Of a stretch of 64,000 nt of DNA, positions 41,969 through 51,794 are shown piece by piece. Positions within the stretch are counted from its first letter, which is position 1; every line of letters begins with the position of its first letter. Both the position numbers and the translations under genes were made by a program. Location of the stretch: contig CAVKNZ010000001.1 of NCBI GenBank assembly GCA_963657885.1, positions 55,203 through 119,202 of the forward strand, in the 5' to 3' direction. The stretch is from Bacteroidaceae bacterium. Its GTDB lineage: Bacteria > Bacillota_I > Bacilli_A > RFN20 > CAG-826. Below the pieces are notes generated by a model. It saw only the letters and a program-made list of their open reading frames with translations. It searched no databases and was not told the DNA's origin.

Positions 41969-43393
41969 ATGGCCTTACCAACAAATATAAATACAATTCT
42001 AAACCCTAATATTGTCGAAAGCGTTCGCATTGAACTTAAAGAAGGCTTCAACGTTGAAAGTATTATGCATACAATATGTGCTTTCGCTAACGATATCGAT
42101 AATTTTTGTGGCGGTTACATCATCATCGGAATTAGCGATAAAAATGAAGTAATTGGTTTTCCTCGAGATAAATTTGATAGTTTACAAAAAGAAGTATTTA
42201 GATATTCAAAAAAATGCATAGAGCCATCATATGTTCCTCAAATTGAATTAGTTAACTATGACGATAAAGATGTCGTTGTTATTTGGTGTCCTTCTGGAGA
42301 AGAGAAGGCTTATAAATGCTACGAGCATGTTTTCAAAGAAAAGAAGGAAACAAGATATCTATGCTATATTCGTAAAGGATCTTTAACAGTTGTTGCTTCT
42401 AGAGAAGAAGAAAAAGAATTATATAATCTTGCTAGTTATACTCCTTTTGATGATCGCGTAAATTATAAATACGATTTAACTGTCATTAATCGAAATATTT
42501 TAAAAGACTATTTGATGGAAACTCAATCTCATCTATTGTCTAATTTTGATAATCAAAGCACTGAAGATTTGCTTTTAGATTTAAGAGTTATTGGAGGCCC
42601 TAAGGAGGATTATCGTCCAAAAAATATCGCTTTATTGATGTTTACTGATAAGCCTTCAAATTTTATTCCCTATTCTTATATAGAATTAACGATTTTAAAA
42701 GATAAAGAAGGGGACGAAATCATTGAAAAAACTTTTGATTCTCCCTTATACAAACAATATATCGATTGCATGGATTATATCAAAAATAAAATCATTGAAA
42801 AAAAGACAATTAAGGTCGAAGGAGATTTTAAATCGACTGTTGTTTATAACTACTCTTATGAAGTGCTTGAAGAAGTTATCGCCAATGCGATTTTGCATAA
42901 GTCATATCAAATAAATGAGCCAGTTTCTGTAAGAGTGGAATCGGACAAGATTGAAATCACCAATGTTCCGGGCTTTGATAGAACGATAAGCGACTCTTCT
43001 ATTCAAGAACTTAAACCTAAATCAAAACGCTACACCTCTCGTCGAATTGCTGAATTCTTAAAAGAATTAGGCATTGTCGAAGCTAAAAATACTGGTTATC
43101 CGCGCATCGTAAAACGAAGCAAAGAAAATGGCTCCCCCTTACCTATCATAGAAATGAATAAAGAACGTGATTATGTCACAGTTATCATTCCTATACATAA
43201 AGCTTTCTTAAACGAAAATTTATCATTACGGGACCGTATTATTGACTATTTAAATGAAAAAGATATGAGCAAGACTGAACTTGCTAATGCGCTTGGCTAT
43301 CCGCGAGTTACAAATTCTTTGACGTATCAGTTAAATAAGTTAATTGATGAAAAGAAGGTTGCTGTTCATAATCGAAAATATTATCTTTGTTAA
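41969..43393 (+). CDS. AlbA_2 (Schlafen-like, 'divergent AAA/AAA-4') domain protein with HATPase_c_4 domain and C-terminal winged HTH; putative transcriptional regulator / 'ATP-binding protein'
   Basis: 474 aa. N-terminal ESVRIELKEGFNVESIMHTICAFANDIDNFCGGYIIIGISDKNEVIGF (AlbA_2). Central EEVIANAILHKSYQINEPVSVRVESDKIEITNVPGF (HATPase_c_4-like). C-terminal HTH (MSKTELANALGYPRVTNSLTYQLNKLIDEKKV). Confidence 0.7.
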   Translation: MALPTNINTILNPNIVESVRIELKEGFNVESIMHTICAFANDIDNFCGGYIIIGISDKNEVIGFPRDKFDSLQKEVFRYSKKCIEPSYVPQIELVNYDDKDVVVIWCPSGEEKAYKCYEHVFKEKKETRYLCYIRKGSLTVVASREEEKELYNLASYTPFDDRVNYKYDLTVINRNILKDYLMETQSHLLSNFDNQSTEDLLLDLRVIGGPKEDYRPKNIALLMFTDKPSNFIPYSYIELTILKDKEGDEIIEKTFDSPLYKQYIDCMDYIKNKIIEKKTIKVEGDFKSTVVYNYSYEVLEEVIANAILHKSYQINEPVSVRVESDKIEITNVPGFDRTISDSSIQELKPKSKRYTSRRIAEFLKELGIVEAKNTGYPRIVKRSKENGSPLPIIEMNKERDYVTVIIPIHKAFLNENLSLRDRIIDYLNEKDMSKTELANALGYPRVTNSLTYQLNKLIDEKKVAVHNRKYYLC

Positions 43394-43403
43394 TCTTAAT
43401 TAG

Positions 43404-45611
43404 TTAATTAAAATACAATAACGTATCTCGATGCAGTAGATATTCGCTTTGTTCAAACAGTGAATAGTTTATCTTTATATCAGTTGCTGAATCATATATT
43501 TCTTTTGTTGGATACAATGCTTTTATTTGACTGATAGTTTTTATGTTGTTGTCTTTATCTTTTAGTTCAGTTGTTTCACTTATAAGAGTATGAGTTTCAA
43601 CAGTTAATATGCCTAAGAAAGACGAATCATTTTTCAATGCATTTAAATCTGAATATGAATAATAACTTAAAGCGGGTTTACTAGAGAAAAGCATCAAAGT
43701 GAAATTTGATTTTGATAGGCGATAGCTAACTTGGATGCTATTTGGTTCGCCATTTTCTAAATCAATATAGAAAAGTAATTCATAACGGTTTGCTTCATTA
43801 ACAGTTAGTTTCTTGTTACTAGAATCAGCTTTTATAGAAATTGGTTTATCATCACCTATTGGATAAACTTGGTTGTCGTTATTTATAACTCCATTTCCGT
43901 TTGCGATTTGATTATTTAGAAAATCAATTAACGTTGATTCCATCGGAGTGAAGGTAAACGAAACTGTTGATGAGGTGACAAACTTAGAATATAAAAGCGA
44001 TAAAGTTTCGTCTTCTTCTAAAGAGGTATCGCGAGTGAAATAAAATGTTTTAGATTCTGTTACTGTTACAAAATTATGCCTATAGATGATTGATTCTGAG
44101 GCATCTTCATATTTATCTAATGAACCGCTTAAATGGGTGCCGGCTAAGCGATATTCATATTGTTTTCTAATGCCGATAACATAGACAAGAGGATAGCCGT
44201 TAATTGTGGCGTAGCCATATTCATCTGCGGTGTTTTTAGAGCCTATTACTTTTATATATTTATTTGTCGCATTAAAGGAGTTGACGGCATTTGTGACATT
44301 TGTTGTAGCTATAGTTTTATCATAGTCATCATGCGCGTGAGCAAAATATAGATCAAAGCCATAATAGCCTTCCTCTAATGACAAGTTCTTTATCGCTTGA
44401 TTGTCTAACAAGCTAGTCCAATTGCCTGACCAAGAGCCATTATAGTCTAAAGGGTCAACATCCAATTGGATTGAGAACGTTTCATCACTACTTATATAAA
44501 CGTTATTTGTGAAATAGTTTATCCCTCCAACAGTGTTATTACTTGTTTGTTCTAAAGGGATTGTATATCTATTTGGATAAGAAATTTCATCGTCTTGCTT
44601 CTTATTATAATTAGTTCCTGGATTAACTCTAAATTTCATAAAGGAGGTATACATATTATTAATAAGTTGAGGCTTTCCGCTGTTTTTCGAGGCAAAAACT
44701 GGATAAAGATAGATGGTGTTATCATTTAAGCTTGATCCATCGATCGCTATAGAAGTGCTTCCGGTCGCGGTTAAGTTATCAACATAAGATAGTGACGTTG
44801 AAGAAGTTATAACTTGATCGGTGGTGACATCTTGTACGCCGTAATCGCCAATTTTATAAGGCGTTCCGCTTATCGCGGCTCCGCCTTGCCCAACAAGAGT
44901 GCCACTTGTTTCTGTTTCATATTTATCCCATATGGTATAACGACTTCTTTCTTCCGCTAAAGCTTTATCATAGGTCCAACCGATAAATTCTGGACCAAAG
45001 CCAAGATAGTCTTTATATACTGATTGAGCAATTATTTTTGATAATTTTGAGATAGGGATGTTGTTTTCAGCTTCTATCATCACGTATTTGCTAGTTTCAA
45101 CGATATTTAACTCTTCATTAGGAAGAATATAACCTGTCCATCTTCTTTTTGGATGACGTTTTATAAGTTCAGTATCGTTATTATTAAAACTTAAATTCGC
45201 ACCTGTTGAAGATTCTACCGATAGATAATAATAAGATACATCTGTCCATGGATATTGAGGATTGTAGGTGACATTGCTAAAATCAGCTCCGCTTTCATTA
45301 GAATGTCTTAAGCAATAAGGCTCTTCGCTATTGTAGGGATTATCAACGTGCTCTGCGATTTCTAATGGATCAGTGACTGTGCTTCCATCTTCTTTTATTA
45401 ATTCTGAACCTGTTGAATAATATGGTGAAGCAAAGAAATAGACGCGGAAGACATTACTTTTATCGACGCTATTAAGATGGGCGTTTTGCCCATATGTATC
45501 GATATTTTCTTTCTTCACCTCTTTTTCAGGAAAAACAAACAAAGAAAAAGCTACTGATGGAACAGTTAGTAATAGTAGTGATGCTAATGTTAACAGTATG
45601 TATTTCTTCAT
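43404..45611 (-). CDS. Large secreted/surface protein of unknown function, carrying the shared N-terminal motif; last gene of the SipW-like operon
   Basis: 735 aa. N-terminus MKKYILLTLASLLLLTVPSVAFSLFVFPEKEVKKEN shares the F[AS]x[FW]VF...E[VI]K..N motif with the two upstream paralogous N-termini. S/T/N/Y-rich, consistent with a beta-rich extracellular protein. Confidence 0.5.
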   Translation of the reverse strand: MKKYILLTLASLLLLTVPSVAFSLFVFPEKEVKKENIDTYGQNAHLNSVDKSNVFRVYFFASPYYSTGSELIKEDGSTVTDPLEIAEHVDNPYNSEEPYCLRHSNESGADFSNVTYNPQYPWTDVSYYYLSVESSTGANLSFNNNDTELIKRHPKRRWTGYILPNEELNIVETSKYVMIEAENNIPISKLSKIIAQSVYKDYLGFGPEFIGWTYDKALAEERSRYTIWDKYETETSGTLVGQGGAAISGTPYKIGDYGVQDVTTDQVITSSTSLSYVDNLTATGSTSIAIDGSSLNDNTIYLYPVFASKNSGKPQLINNMYTSFMKFRVNPGTNYNKKQDDEISYPNRYTIPLEQTSNNTVGGINYFTNNVYISSDETFSIQLDVDPLDYNGSWSGNWTSLLDNQAIKNLSLEEGYYGFDLYFAHAHDDYDKTIATTNVTNAVNSFNATNKYIKVIGSKNTADEYGYATINGYPLVYVIGIRKQYEYRLAGTHLSGSLDKYEDASESIIYRHNFVTVTESKTFYFTRDTSLEEDETLSLLYSKFVTSSTVSFTFTPMESTLIDFLNNQIANGNGVINNDNQVYPIGDDKPISIKADSSNKKLTVNEANRYELLFYIDLENGEPNSIQVSYRLSKSNFTLMLFSSKPALSYYSYSDLNALKNDSSFLGILTVETHTLISETTELKDKDNNIKTISQIKALYPTKEIYDSATDIKINYSLFEQSEYLLHRDTLLYFN

Positions 45612-45615
45612 TTAT

Positions 45616-46383
45616 TTATACCTTTGCTAGGAAAAAGGAAATATCGATAGATGAGTTATTGATAGCCTCGATGTTACTTTTCATCTTCTCATTTAGCATC
45701 TTTTCTGAATGGAAATATGAAGGAGAAAAGGAGCCAGAATAATTCCTGGAGTTATATACTCCGTTAAATCGAGAATATTTAAAATCGATGGAAAAATGGT
45801 GATAGCTGACTAATTGTCCTCCTAATGGAGTGAATTCTAAAATCTTATTTGTGTAGACAATGTTATTTACGTTATCGACTTTTTCGATAAATGATGATGA
45901 TGAATCAGTGTCCAAGTTAGTTACTTGTTTAGGCGAGATTATATCTAAAATTGATGATGATTTAGGATAAGGAATCTCTTCTCCAGCAATTGGAATGAGA
46001 TTTACCCCGCGAGTATCACTATCTTTTAAAGTTAATTGTAAGTAAATCGCAAGCGGACCATTTTCATACATTGTAGGAGAAGTATATTCGATGATGAAAT
46101 TTCTTTTCTTTGTTGGATTATCGCTTCTAGCTAAATCGATGCTTTCATAACCAAGCTCCAAATGCGTTTTTAAACTTGTCTCCTCTATTTCATCTTTATA
46201 TGTTCCATTATCTAAATAGACAAGGCGCATTTCTCCATAGTCTTGGTTCTTTTCGATTTCTATATTGACTATATTGTTTGCCTTAACTTCTGTGTTTTTA
46301 AAAACAAATATCGCAAAACCACTTCCAATAAGAAGGACAGGAACAAGCAAGAAGTATAACGTTAACAAGATTTTCTTTCTCAT
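45616..46383 (-). CDS. Secreted protein of unknown function with the shared IGSGFAIFVF N-terminal motif
   Basis: 255 aa. N-terminus MRKKILLTLYFLLVPVLLIGSGFAIFVFKNTEVKANN. 4-nt start/stop overlap with the upstream signal peptidase gene. Confidence 0.5.
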   Translation of the reverse strand: MRKKILLTLYFLLVPVLLIGSGFAIFVFKNTEVKANNIVNIEIEKNQDYGEMRLVYLDNGTYKDEIEETSLKTHLELGYESIDLARSDNPTKKRNFIIEYTSPTMYENGPLAIYLQLTLKDSDTRGVNLIPIAGEEIPYPKSSSILDIISPKQVTNLDTDSSSSFIEKVDNVNNIVYTNKILEFTPLGGQLVSYHHFSIDFKYSRFNGVYNSRNYSGSFSPSYFHSEKMLNEKMKSNIEAINNSSIDISFFLAKV

Positions 46384-47357
46384 TTTTCTTTACCATCTTC
46401 TTCTTGAGCTATAACCTCTTTTTGCTCTATACATATCGCTTCGATATCTTTTTCTAAGATGAGCATGAAGCGGTGGTTATATGGTTTATTTAGTCGATCT
46501 AATAAGAAGGAATATAAGCCCATCATCACGAAAGCGACAAAGACAATGATGATGCCAATGTTAGACTGCATATAAGAGATGAAGTAGCCAAAGGCTAGAT
46601 TCTTTTCACCATGAAAGTGTTCGCTTTGATGGACCCCAACAATCAAATCTTTTTTAACTTTGATTTCGCCAGTTAATGATGATGAGTTTGCGTCACCTCT
46701 AAAGGTGTATAACGGTTCATTGTTTTCATCATATTCAACGTATATAAGTCGATGTACAATAGTGACATAGTTTCCTCCGTTGCTATCTTTTTGCATCTTA
46801 AAGGCGACGACATCAAATGGTTTGATGTTATTAATATATTCTTCTTTGTTGCTTATCGAAATATAGGCAAATTGAGGAATTCTATCAGCCTCATTAGGTT
46901 TACCATTTTCATCGAGAAGATAAGTGTTACCTTTATAGGCTCTTTCCATTGAATCAGTTTGAATGACTAAGACCGCCTTATCGCCTAACCACATCTGATC
47001 GCCACTAGCCTTGATGGATAAAGAGACGCCAATCATGATGGTAAAGTAGACAAATAACAAGGCGATGAGGCCATCACTGACTATTGAAATGATTCTATTT
47101 GTTCTTTTATTAGCCTTTATTTCTTTATCGATATCTACAAATGATGTCGATTTATTTTTCTTGAGTCTTTTATAGATATATTTTGATGCACTTTCTCGAA
47201 TTAGCTCATCATCAAGACCATATTCTAATGATCGTTTTTTCTCATGGAAGAAAAAGGCCGCGAGGATTATAAACGCGGCGCTGAAGAGGATAATTACCAA
47301 TATTGCGATTAGCAGTATATAAAGATTGATACCGCTAGATCTGATGAAATAGTCCAT
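46380..47357 (-). CDS. ER/archaeal-type signal peptidase I (S26B, SipW-like; Ser/His dyad) with two extra N-terminal TM helices and a C-terminal TM
   Basis: 325 aa. Box B LVIQTDSMERAY (compare SGSMEP). Box C FDVVAF (compare GDIVVF). Box D TIVHRLIYV (His, not the Lys of S26A). Box E FRGDANSS (compare KGDNN). C-terminal TM IGIIIVFVAFVMMGLYSFLL, as in SipW. Confidence 0.6.
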   Translation of the reverse strand: MDYFIRSSGINLYILLIAILVIILFSAAFIILAAFFFHEKKRSLEYGLDDELIRESASKYIYKRLKKNKSTSFVDIDKEIKANKRTNRIISIVSDGLIALLFVYFTIMIGVSLSIKASGDQMWLGDKAVLVIQTDSMERAYKGNTYLLDENGKPNEADRIPQFAYISISNKEEYINNIKPFDVVAFKMQKDSNGGNYVTIVHRLIYVEYDENNEPLYTFRGDANSSSLTGEIKVKKDLIVGVHQSEHFHGEKNLAFGYFISYMQSNIGIIIVFVAFVMMGLYSFLLDRLNKPYNHRFMLILEKDIEAICIEQKEVIAQEEDGKEK

Positions 47358-47395
47358 CTAGCTACCTCCCACGCGGCACTTTTTATTTGATGCGA

Positions 47396-48016
47396 TTATT
47401 TTGACAAGACTTCAACTTTGTATTGCACAACGCGCGTAACTGCGGCTGACACGACAGTTTTTAACGCAGTGTATTCTGCCTTCTTAGTTGGTTCTTTTCC
47501 CGTTTTATAAGCAAATGTTGCACTGTTCCAATCGAATGTTTTAGCATTTTCTCCTAGAGTAAATGTATAGACACCATTTGTGTCATCATTAGCCTTTGTT
47601 GAGCCTGCATAGTTAACATCGACATAATCATATAAATCCTTGCCGAGTGTTAACGTAACAGTCATTTGATAGTAGATTTTATCATTATCATGATCGATTG
47701 CATCAGGATCAGTTGTTTCCCTTTCCTTATACACAGTTGTTTCTTTTGCTCCAAGTTCTAAATAAATACCTTTGGCTTCAGCAGTGCTTGTAATTCCTAA
47801 TTCAGCCCTTTTAGCTGCGGTTTGATCAAAGACAATACTAAATTCGTCAGCAACTTGCTCAAACTCGCCAACATCAGCAAGCTTTGTTATCTTTGCAGAC
47901 AAGTTTTTTGTTTCAGTAATCTGCGTTCCGGAAAATACCCAAATTGAAAAACCTGATCCAATGACGGCGACTCCCGCCATAAGTGGTAATAAGCTTTTTA
48001 TTAAAGTTCTTTTCAT
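47396..48016 (-). CDS. Small secreted protein (206 aa), possible TasA-like matrix/fibre subunit; first gene of the SipW-like operon
   Basis: N-terminus MKRTLIKSLLPLMAGVAVIGSGFSIWVFSGTQITETKNLSAKI. Compare the B. subtilis TasA N-terminus LVGGGTWAAFNDIKS...ASGTLDLSAKEN. Strong SD (AAGGAGG) upstream. Confidence 0.45.
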   Translation of the reverse strand: MKRTLIKSLLPLMAGVAVIGSGFSIWVFSGTQITETKNLSAKITKLADVGEFEQVADEFSIVFDQTAAKRAELGITSTAEAKGIYLELGAKETTVYKERETTDPDAIDHDNDKIYYQMTVTLTLGKDLYDYVDVNYAGSTKANDDTNGVYTFTLGENAKTFDWNSATFAYKTGKEPTKKAEYTALKTVVSAAVTRVVQYKVEVLSK

Positions 48017-48288
48017 TTTCTAAACCTCCTTGTTTCGCTTAGTGCTCTTTTGTTTATTAAAAAAAGAAAAATCAGTCAACTATTTTGAGCTTCTATATTA
48101 ATGAAAGTCGTTTATTATCGAACTTTTTTCGCATAATTGATAGAAAAATTATGAGTCGATTTTTAGCTAAAAATATGAGCGAAAAAGACGCGATATTTAC
48201 TCATAAAACAACATTTATAAAAATAAAGAATATAATAAATGAGCAAATCATTTTGTATTAGATATTGATTTGCATTATCGTTATAGCC

Positions 48289-49128
48289 ATGAAATATATA
48301 GATGACTCATTTGAAGGCGAAAGATTGCTATTCGCATTAAAGAATTCGACGATTGATAATTGTCATTTTCTCTTTGGAGAATCTCCTTTAAAAGAGAGCA
48401 AAAATCTAAAGATAAGCAATACTACTTTCGAATGGAAATATCCGATGTGGTACGCATCTAATATTGAATGCGAAAACATCAAATTAACTAATGACGCTAG
48501 AAGCGGGATTTGGTATTGCTCAAATATAACAATTAAGAATTCGCTTATTGAAGCGCCTAAAACATTTAGAAGAGCGAAAGATGTTTACTTAGAAAATGTC
48601 GAATTTACTAATGCGAGCGAGACTTTTTGGAATTGTAAGGACATTAAAATTATCAATTCTAGCTTTAAAGGTGACTATCTATTGATGAATTCTAAAAATG
48701 TTCATATTGATAAGCTTCATCTAGAAGGAAACTACTTTTTTGATGGAGGAGAGAATTTAGAAATTTCTAATTCTTTCTTAGATAGTAAGGATGCATTTTG
48801 GAACTGTAAAAACGTAATAGTTAGAAACTCAGTCATTCATGGAGAATATATTGGTTGGAATAGCGAAAACATTACTTTTATTGACTGCGAAATCATTTCT
48901 CATCAAGGCTTTTGCTATATGAAGAATGTGAAATTAGTGAATACAAAAGTTTTAGATTCTGACCTCACATTTGAATATAGCGAAAATATCGACGCGGACA
49001 TTATTAGTAAAGTTCAATCTATAAAAAATCCATCATCTGGTGTCATCAAAGTTAAGGGAGTTGATGAACTCATTCTTGATGATAACTATGTAGACAGTAA
49101 GAAAACAAAAATCGTTATAGAACAATGA
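48289..49128 (+). CDS. Right-handed parallel beta-helix repeat protein (DUF3737-like)
   Basis: Start taken as MKYIDDSFEG at 48289; the ORF track gives 48265. Repeats about 22 aa long of the N-[IV]-x-[IV]-x-N-[ST] type (NITIKNSLI, DIKIINSSF, NLEISNSFL, NVIVRNSVI, NITFIDCEI, NVKLVNTKV). Confidence 0.5.
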   Translation: MKYIDDSFEGERLLFALKNSTIDNCHFLFGESPLKESKNLKISNTTFEWKYPMWYASNIECENIKLTNDARSGIWYCSNITIKNSLIEAPKTFRRAKDVYLENVEFTNASETFWNCKDIKIINSSFKGDYLLMNSKNVHIDKLHLEGNYFFDGGENLEISNSFLDSKDAFWNCKNVIVRNSVIHGEYIGWNSENITFIDCEIISHQGFCYMKNVKLVNTKVLDSDLTFEYSENIDADIISKVQSIKNPSSGVIKVKGVDELILDDNYVDSKKTKIVIEQ

Positions 49129-50291
49129 AATATAATTTCGATGACATCGCAAATTTAAGAGGAACAGATAGTTCTAGATATTTAAATATAAAAAATGATG
49201 AACTTAATTTAACTATCGCGGATATGGACTTTAAAGTCCTTCCTGAAATTATAAAAGCTTTAGAAGAAAGAATTTCTATTGGAGCGTTTCCTTATTCAGA
49301 AGTGCCTGAAGAATTCTTTACTTCTTTTATTTCTTATCAAAAGAAAAGACATAATAACATCATTAAACGTAGCAATCTTTTATTTTCAACATCAGTCATC
49401 GCCTCATTAGACTCAATCTTAGATGTCTATACAGATAAAGGTGATAAAGTGCTCATGTTTATGCCTATATATAACACCTTTTATAGTTGCTTAAAAAATC
49501 ATGACTTAGAAGTCGTTTCTTGTCCGTTTATTGAAAAGGGAAACGAATATCAAATTGATTTCTCTCTTTTAGAAGAATTAGTAAAAAAGAACGATATAAA
49601 AATCCTTCTTTTATGCAATCCTCATAACCCAGGAGGAAAGATATTTTCTAAAGATGAAATCGATAGAATTATAAAAATAGTAAAAGATAACAATATTCTT
49701 TTAATTAGCGATGAGATTCATAGCGGAATTACTGACCCAGATAAAGAATATTATTCACTTTGTAACTATTTTAACGATTATAAAAATATCATCATTTTAA
49801 ATTCGGCGAGCAAAGCTTTTAATCTTGCAGGAATGCAGGCATCAATTCTTATTATTTCTGATGAAGAAATTCGCGAAAAAGTTAAAAGACAATTATATAA
49901 AAATGATGTCGGTGAACCTAATTCTTTTGGATGCTATGCCTCTATTAAAGCTTGGGAATATGGACTTGAATATAACAAAGAATTAAGAACGTATTTAAAG
50001 AAAAACAAAGACTATTTATCTTCACTCTCTCTTGAAAAGAAATATTCTTTAAAGCTTATCGATGGTGGATCAACGTATCTTCTTTGGTTTAAAGTGCCTC
50101 TTATCTTTAAAGATGGTGATGAATTCGTAAAAGATTTTTACAACGAAGAAAAAATTAAAGTTTCTCCAGGTTCTATTTATGGAATTGAAGGAAAAAACTT
50201 TATCCGTATTAACACCGCGACATCTTTTAAAAACATTAAGACATTATCGGCAAAGCTAGACAATTTCCTAAGCAAAAGAGTCTCAAAATAG
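49125..50291 (+). CDS. PLP-dependent C-S lyase of the MalY/PatB family (aminotransferase class I fold; cystathionine beta-lyase-type)
   Basis: 388 aa. DMDFKVLPEIIKALEE ... LLCNPHNPGGKIFSKDEIDRIIKI ... LISDEIHSGI ... NSASKAFNLAGMQAS (PLP-lysine in SASKAFN). Confidence 0.85.
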   Translation: MKYNFDDIANLRGTDSSRYLNIKNDELNLTIADMDFKVLPEIIKALEERISIGAFPYSEVPEEFFTSFISYQKKRHNNIIKRSNLLFSTSVIASLDSILDVYTDKGDKVLMFMPIYNTFYSCLKNHDLEVVSCPFIEKGNEYQIDFSLLEELVKKNDIKILLLCNPHNPGGKIFSKDEIDRIIKIVKDNNILLISDEIHSGITDPDKEYYSLCNYFNDYKNIIILNSASKAFNLAGMQASILIISDEEIREKVKRQLYKNDVGEPNSFGCYASIKAWEYGLEYNKELRTYLKKNKDYLSSLSLEKKYSLKLIDGGSTYLLWFKVPLIFKDGDEFVKDFYNEEKIKVSPGSIYGIEGKNFIRINTATSFKNIKTLSAKLDNFLSKRVSK

Positions 50292-51665
50292 TTATTTTTT
50301 GAAATAAATATCATCGCCGTCAAAGCGGTATTTCATTTTGATTTTGTCGGTCAAAAAACCATTTATTGAGGCAAAACCAAAGCCTTTTATATCAATTTCT
50401 TTAATTGCTTTTATTTTTGCAATTTCTTCTTTTATTAGTTCATCATCTAATTTGTTTTGTAGATATTTAACTTCGATAATGTCATAGCCATTCTCTTTCT
50501 TTATAGCTATATCGAATTCTCCGTTTTTCTTATTTATTGCATCATCGTAATAGTAAGAGCCAACATTATAGATTCCTTTTAATGTTCTATTTTTAATTAA
50601 AAATGAAATGTATTGCTTCACAATATTTTCAAATCTAAAGGAGATGAATGTATTGATGCTTTTTTCGATGTAGGTTTCATAAAAAACTTCTTTCCCTAAA
50701 AGGTTAATAATGTTTTCTTTTCCATAAATATAAGTATAGTAAAATCTTAGAACATTATTTGATAGAGAATAAGATATTTTTTTATTGTCGTTTATTCGAT
50801 TTATTGGAACATTTTCTTCGATGAATTCCATTTCGAATAGATTGTTTAATTGCTTGCTTAATAAGCCGTTTTGCTTATAATGCAGTTCATTTTCTAATTG
50901 TCGATATTTGATTTTCCCGTTTCCTATTATTTTGAATATAGTTTCATAATTAAGTTTACTAGAAAGATCGCTTGTATAATTTTGACTTGCATAGTTATAG
51001 ACGGAACTTAAATTATTTAAAAGTGTCATGCATATATTTTCTTTTAGAGTTTTGCTTTCATCTAATTGAGCTAAGATGTATGGTGAACCGCCAAACACTG
51101 AATAAAAGGCAACCTTATCGTAATTAGATAAGTGAGGATAAAATTCACTCGCAGATAGATAATCGAATTCTTTCAAATTGATGATAGTTTTAAATCGTCC
51201 ATACATTGGATTCTTATCTTTTATTAAAGTTTTCATCATGCCGATGTTTGAGCCAGAAAGGATGATATTTAGATTTTTTGTATAATTAGCTAATAAATTT
51301 TGAAAAAGTGAATCTAGTTCATCCCCATTATTTCTTACATATAGATAAGGGAATTCATCTAAGGCAATCACGATGTGTTTATTTAATGTGTTCAAATAAT
51401 TAAATAAAGAAAAGAGCGAATCAAAGCTGATGTTTGATGGGACGATATTATATTGAGACAACAATTTAGCTAATTCATCTATGTTATCTTTCAATGTTGA
51501 TTTTAAGCATTCAAAATGAACAAATGTTAAACCTGATTGCTTTAATGCTTCATCGATTAATAGGCTTTTACCAACGCGACGATTTCCATAGATTAAAACA
51601 TGATTAGAAGGCTCATTTAGAGTATTTTTAATTGCTTGAATTTCTTCTTTTCTTCCGATGAACAT
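50292..51665 (-). CDS. AAA+ 'archaeal-type' ATPase (Arch_ATPase, PF01637-like) with C-terminal DUF234; 'ATP-binding protein'
   Basis: 457 aa. FIGRKEEIQAIKNTL...HVLIYGNRRVGKSLLIDE (Walker A) ... IVIALDEFPYL (Walker B). The C-terminal 120 aa (GEFDIAIKKENGYDIIEVKY) look DUF234-like. Confidence 0.7.
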   Translation of the reverse strand: MFIGRKEEIQAIKNTLNEPSNHVLIYGNRRVGKSLLIDEALKQSGLTFVHFECLKSTLKDNIDELAKLLSQYNIVPSNISFDSLFSLFNYLNTLNKHIVIALDEFPYLYVRNNGDELDSLFQNLLANYTKNLNIILSGSNIGMMKTLIKDKNPMYGRFKTIINLKEFDYLSASEFYPHLSNYDKVAFYSVFGGSPYILAQLDESKTLKENICMTLLNNLSSVYNYASQNYTSDLSSKLNYETIFKIIGNGKIKYRQLENELHYKQNGLLSKQLNNLFEMEFIEENVPINRINDNKKISYSLSNNVLRFYYTYIYGKENIINLLGKEVFYETYIEKSINTFISFRFENIVKQYISFLIKNRTLKGIYNVGSYYYDDAINKKNGEFDIAIKKENGYDIIEVKYLQNKLDDELIKEEIAKIKAIKEIDIKGFGFASINGFLTDKIKMKYRFDGDDIYFKK

Positions 51666-51744
51666 CGATTTCTCCTTTTTGTTGAAAAAATTTTCAGTGA
51701 AATAATTTTCAACTAAATAATATATCGATTATTTGCTTATAGCA

Positions 51745-51772
51745 AGAAAAAACCGATATGTTTCAATCGGTT
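51745..51772 (-). terminator. Rho-independent terminator of the 51795-52211 minus-strand gene
   Basis: On the minus strand: AACCGATTGAAACATATCGGTT stem-loop (7-bp stem) followed by TTTTTT. Seen as AAAAAACCGATATGTTTCAATCGGTT on the plus strand, 23 nt after the stop. Confidence 0.55.
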
Positions 51773-51794
51773 AATTCTTATGTAGCTAATTCTT

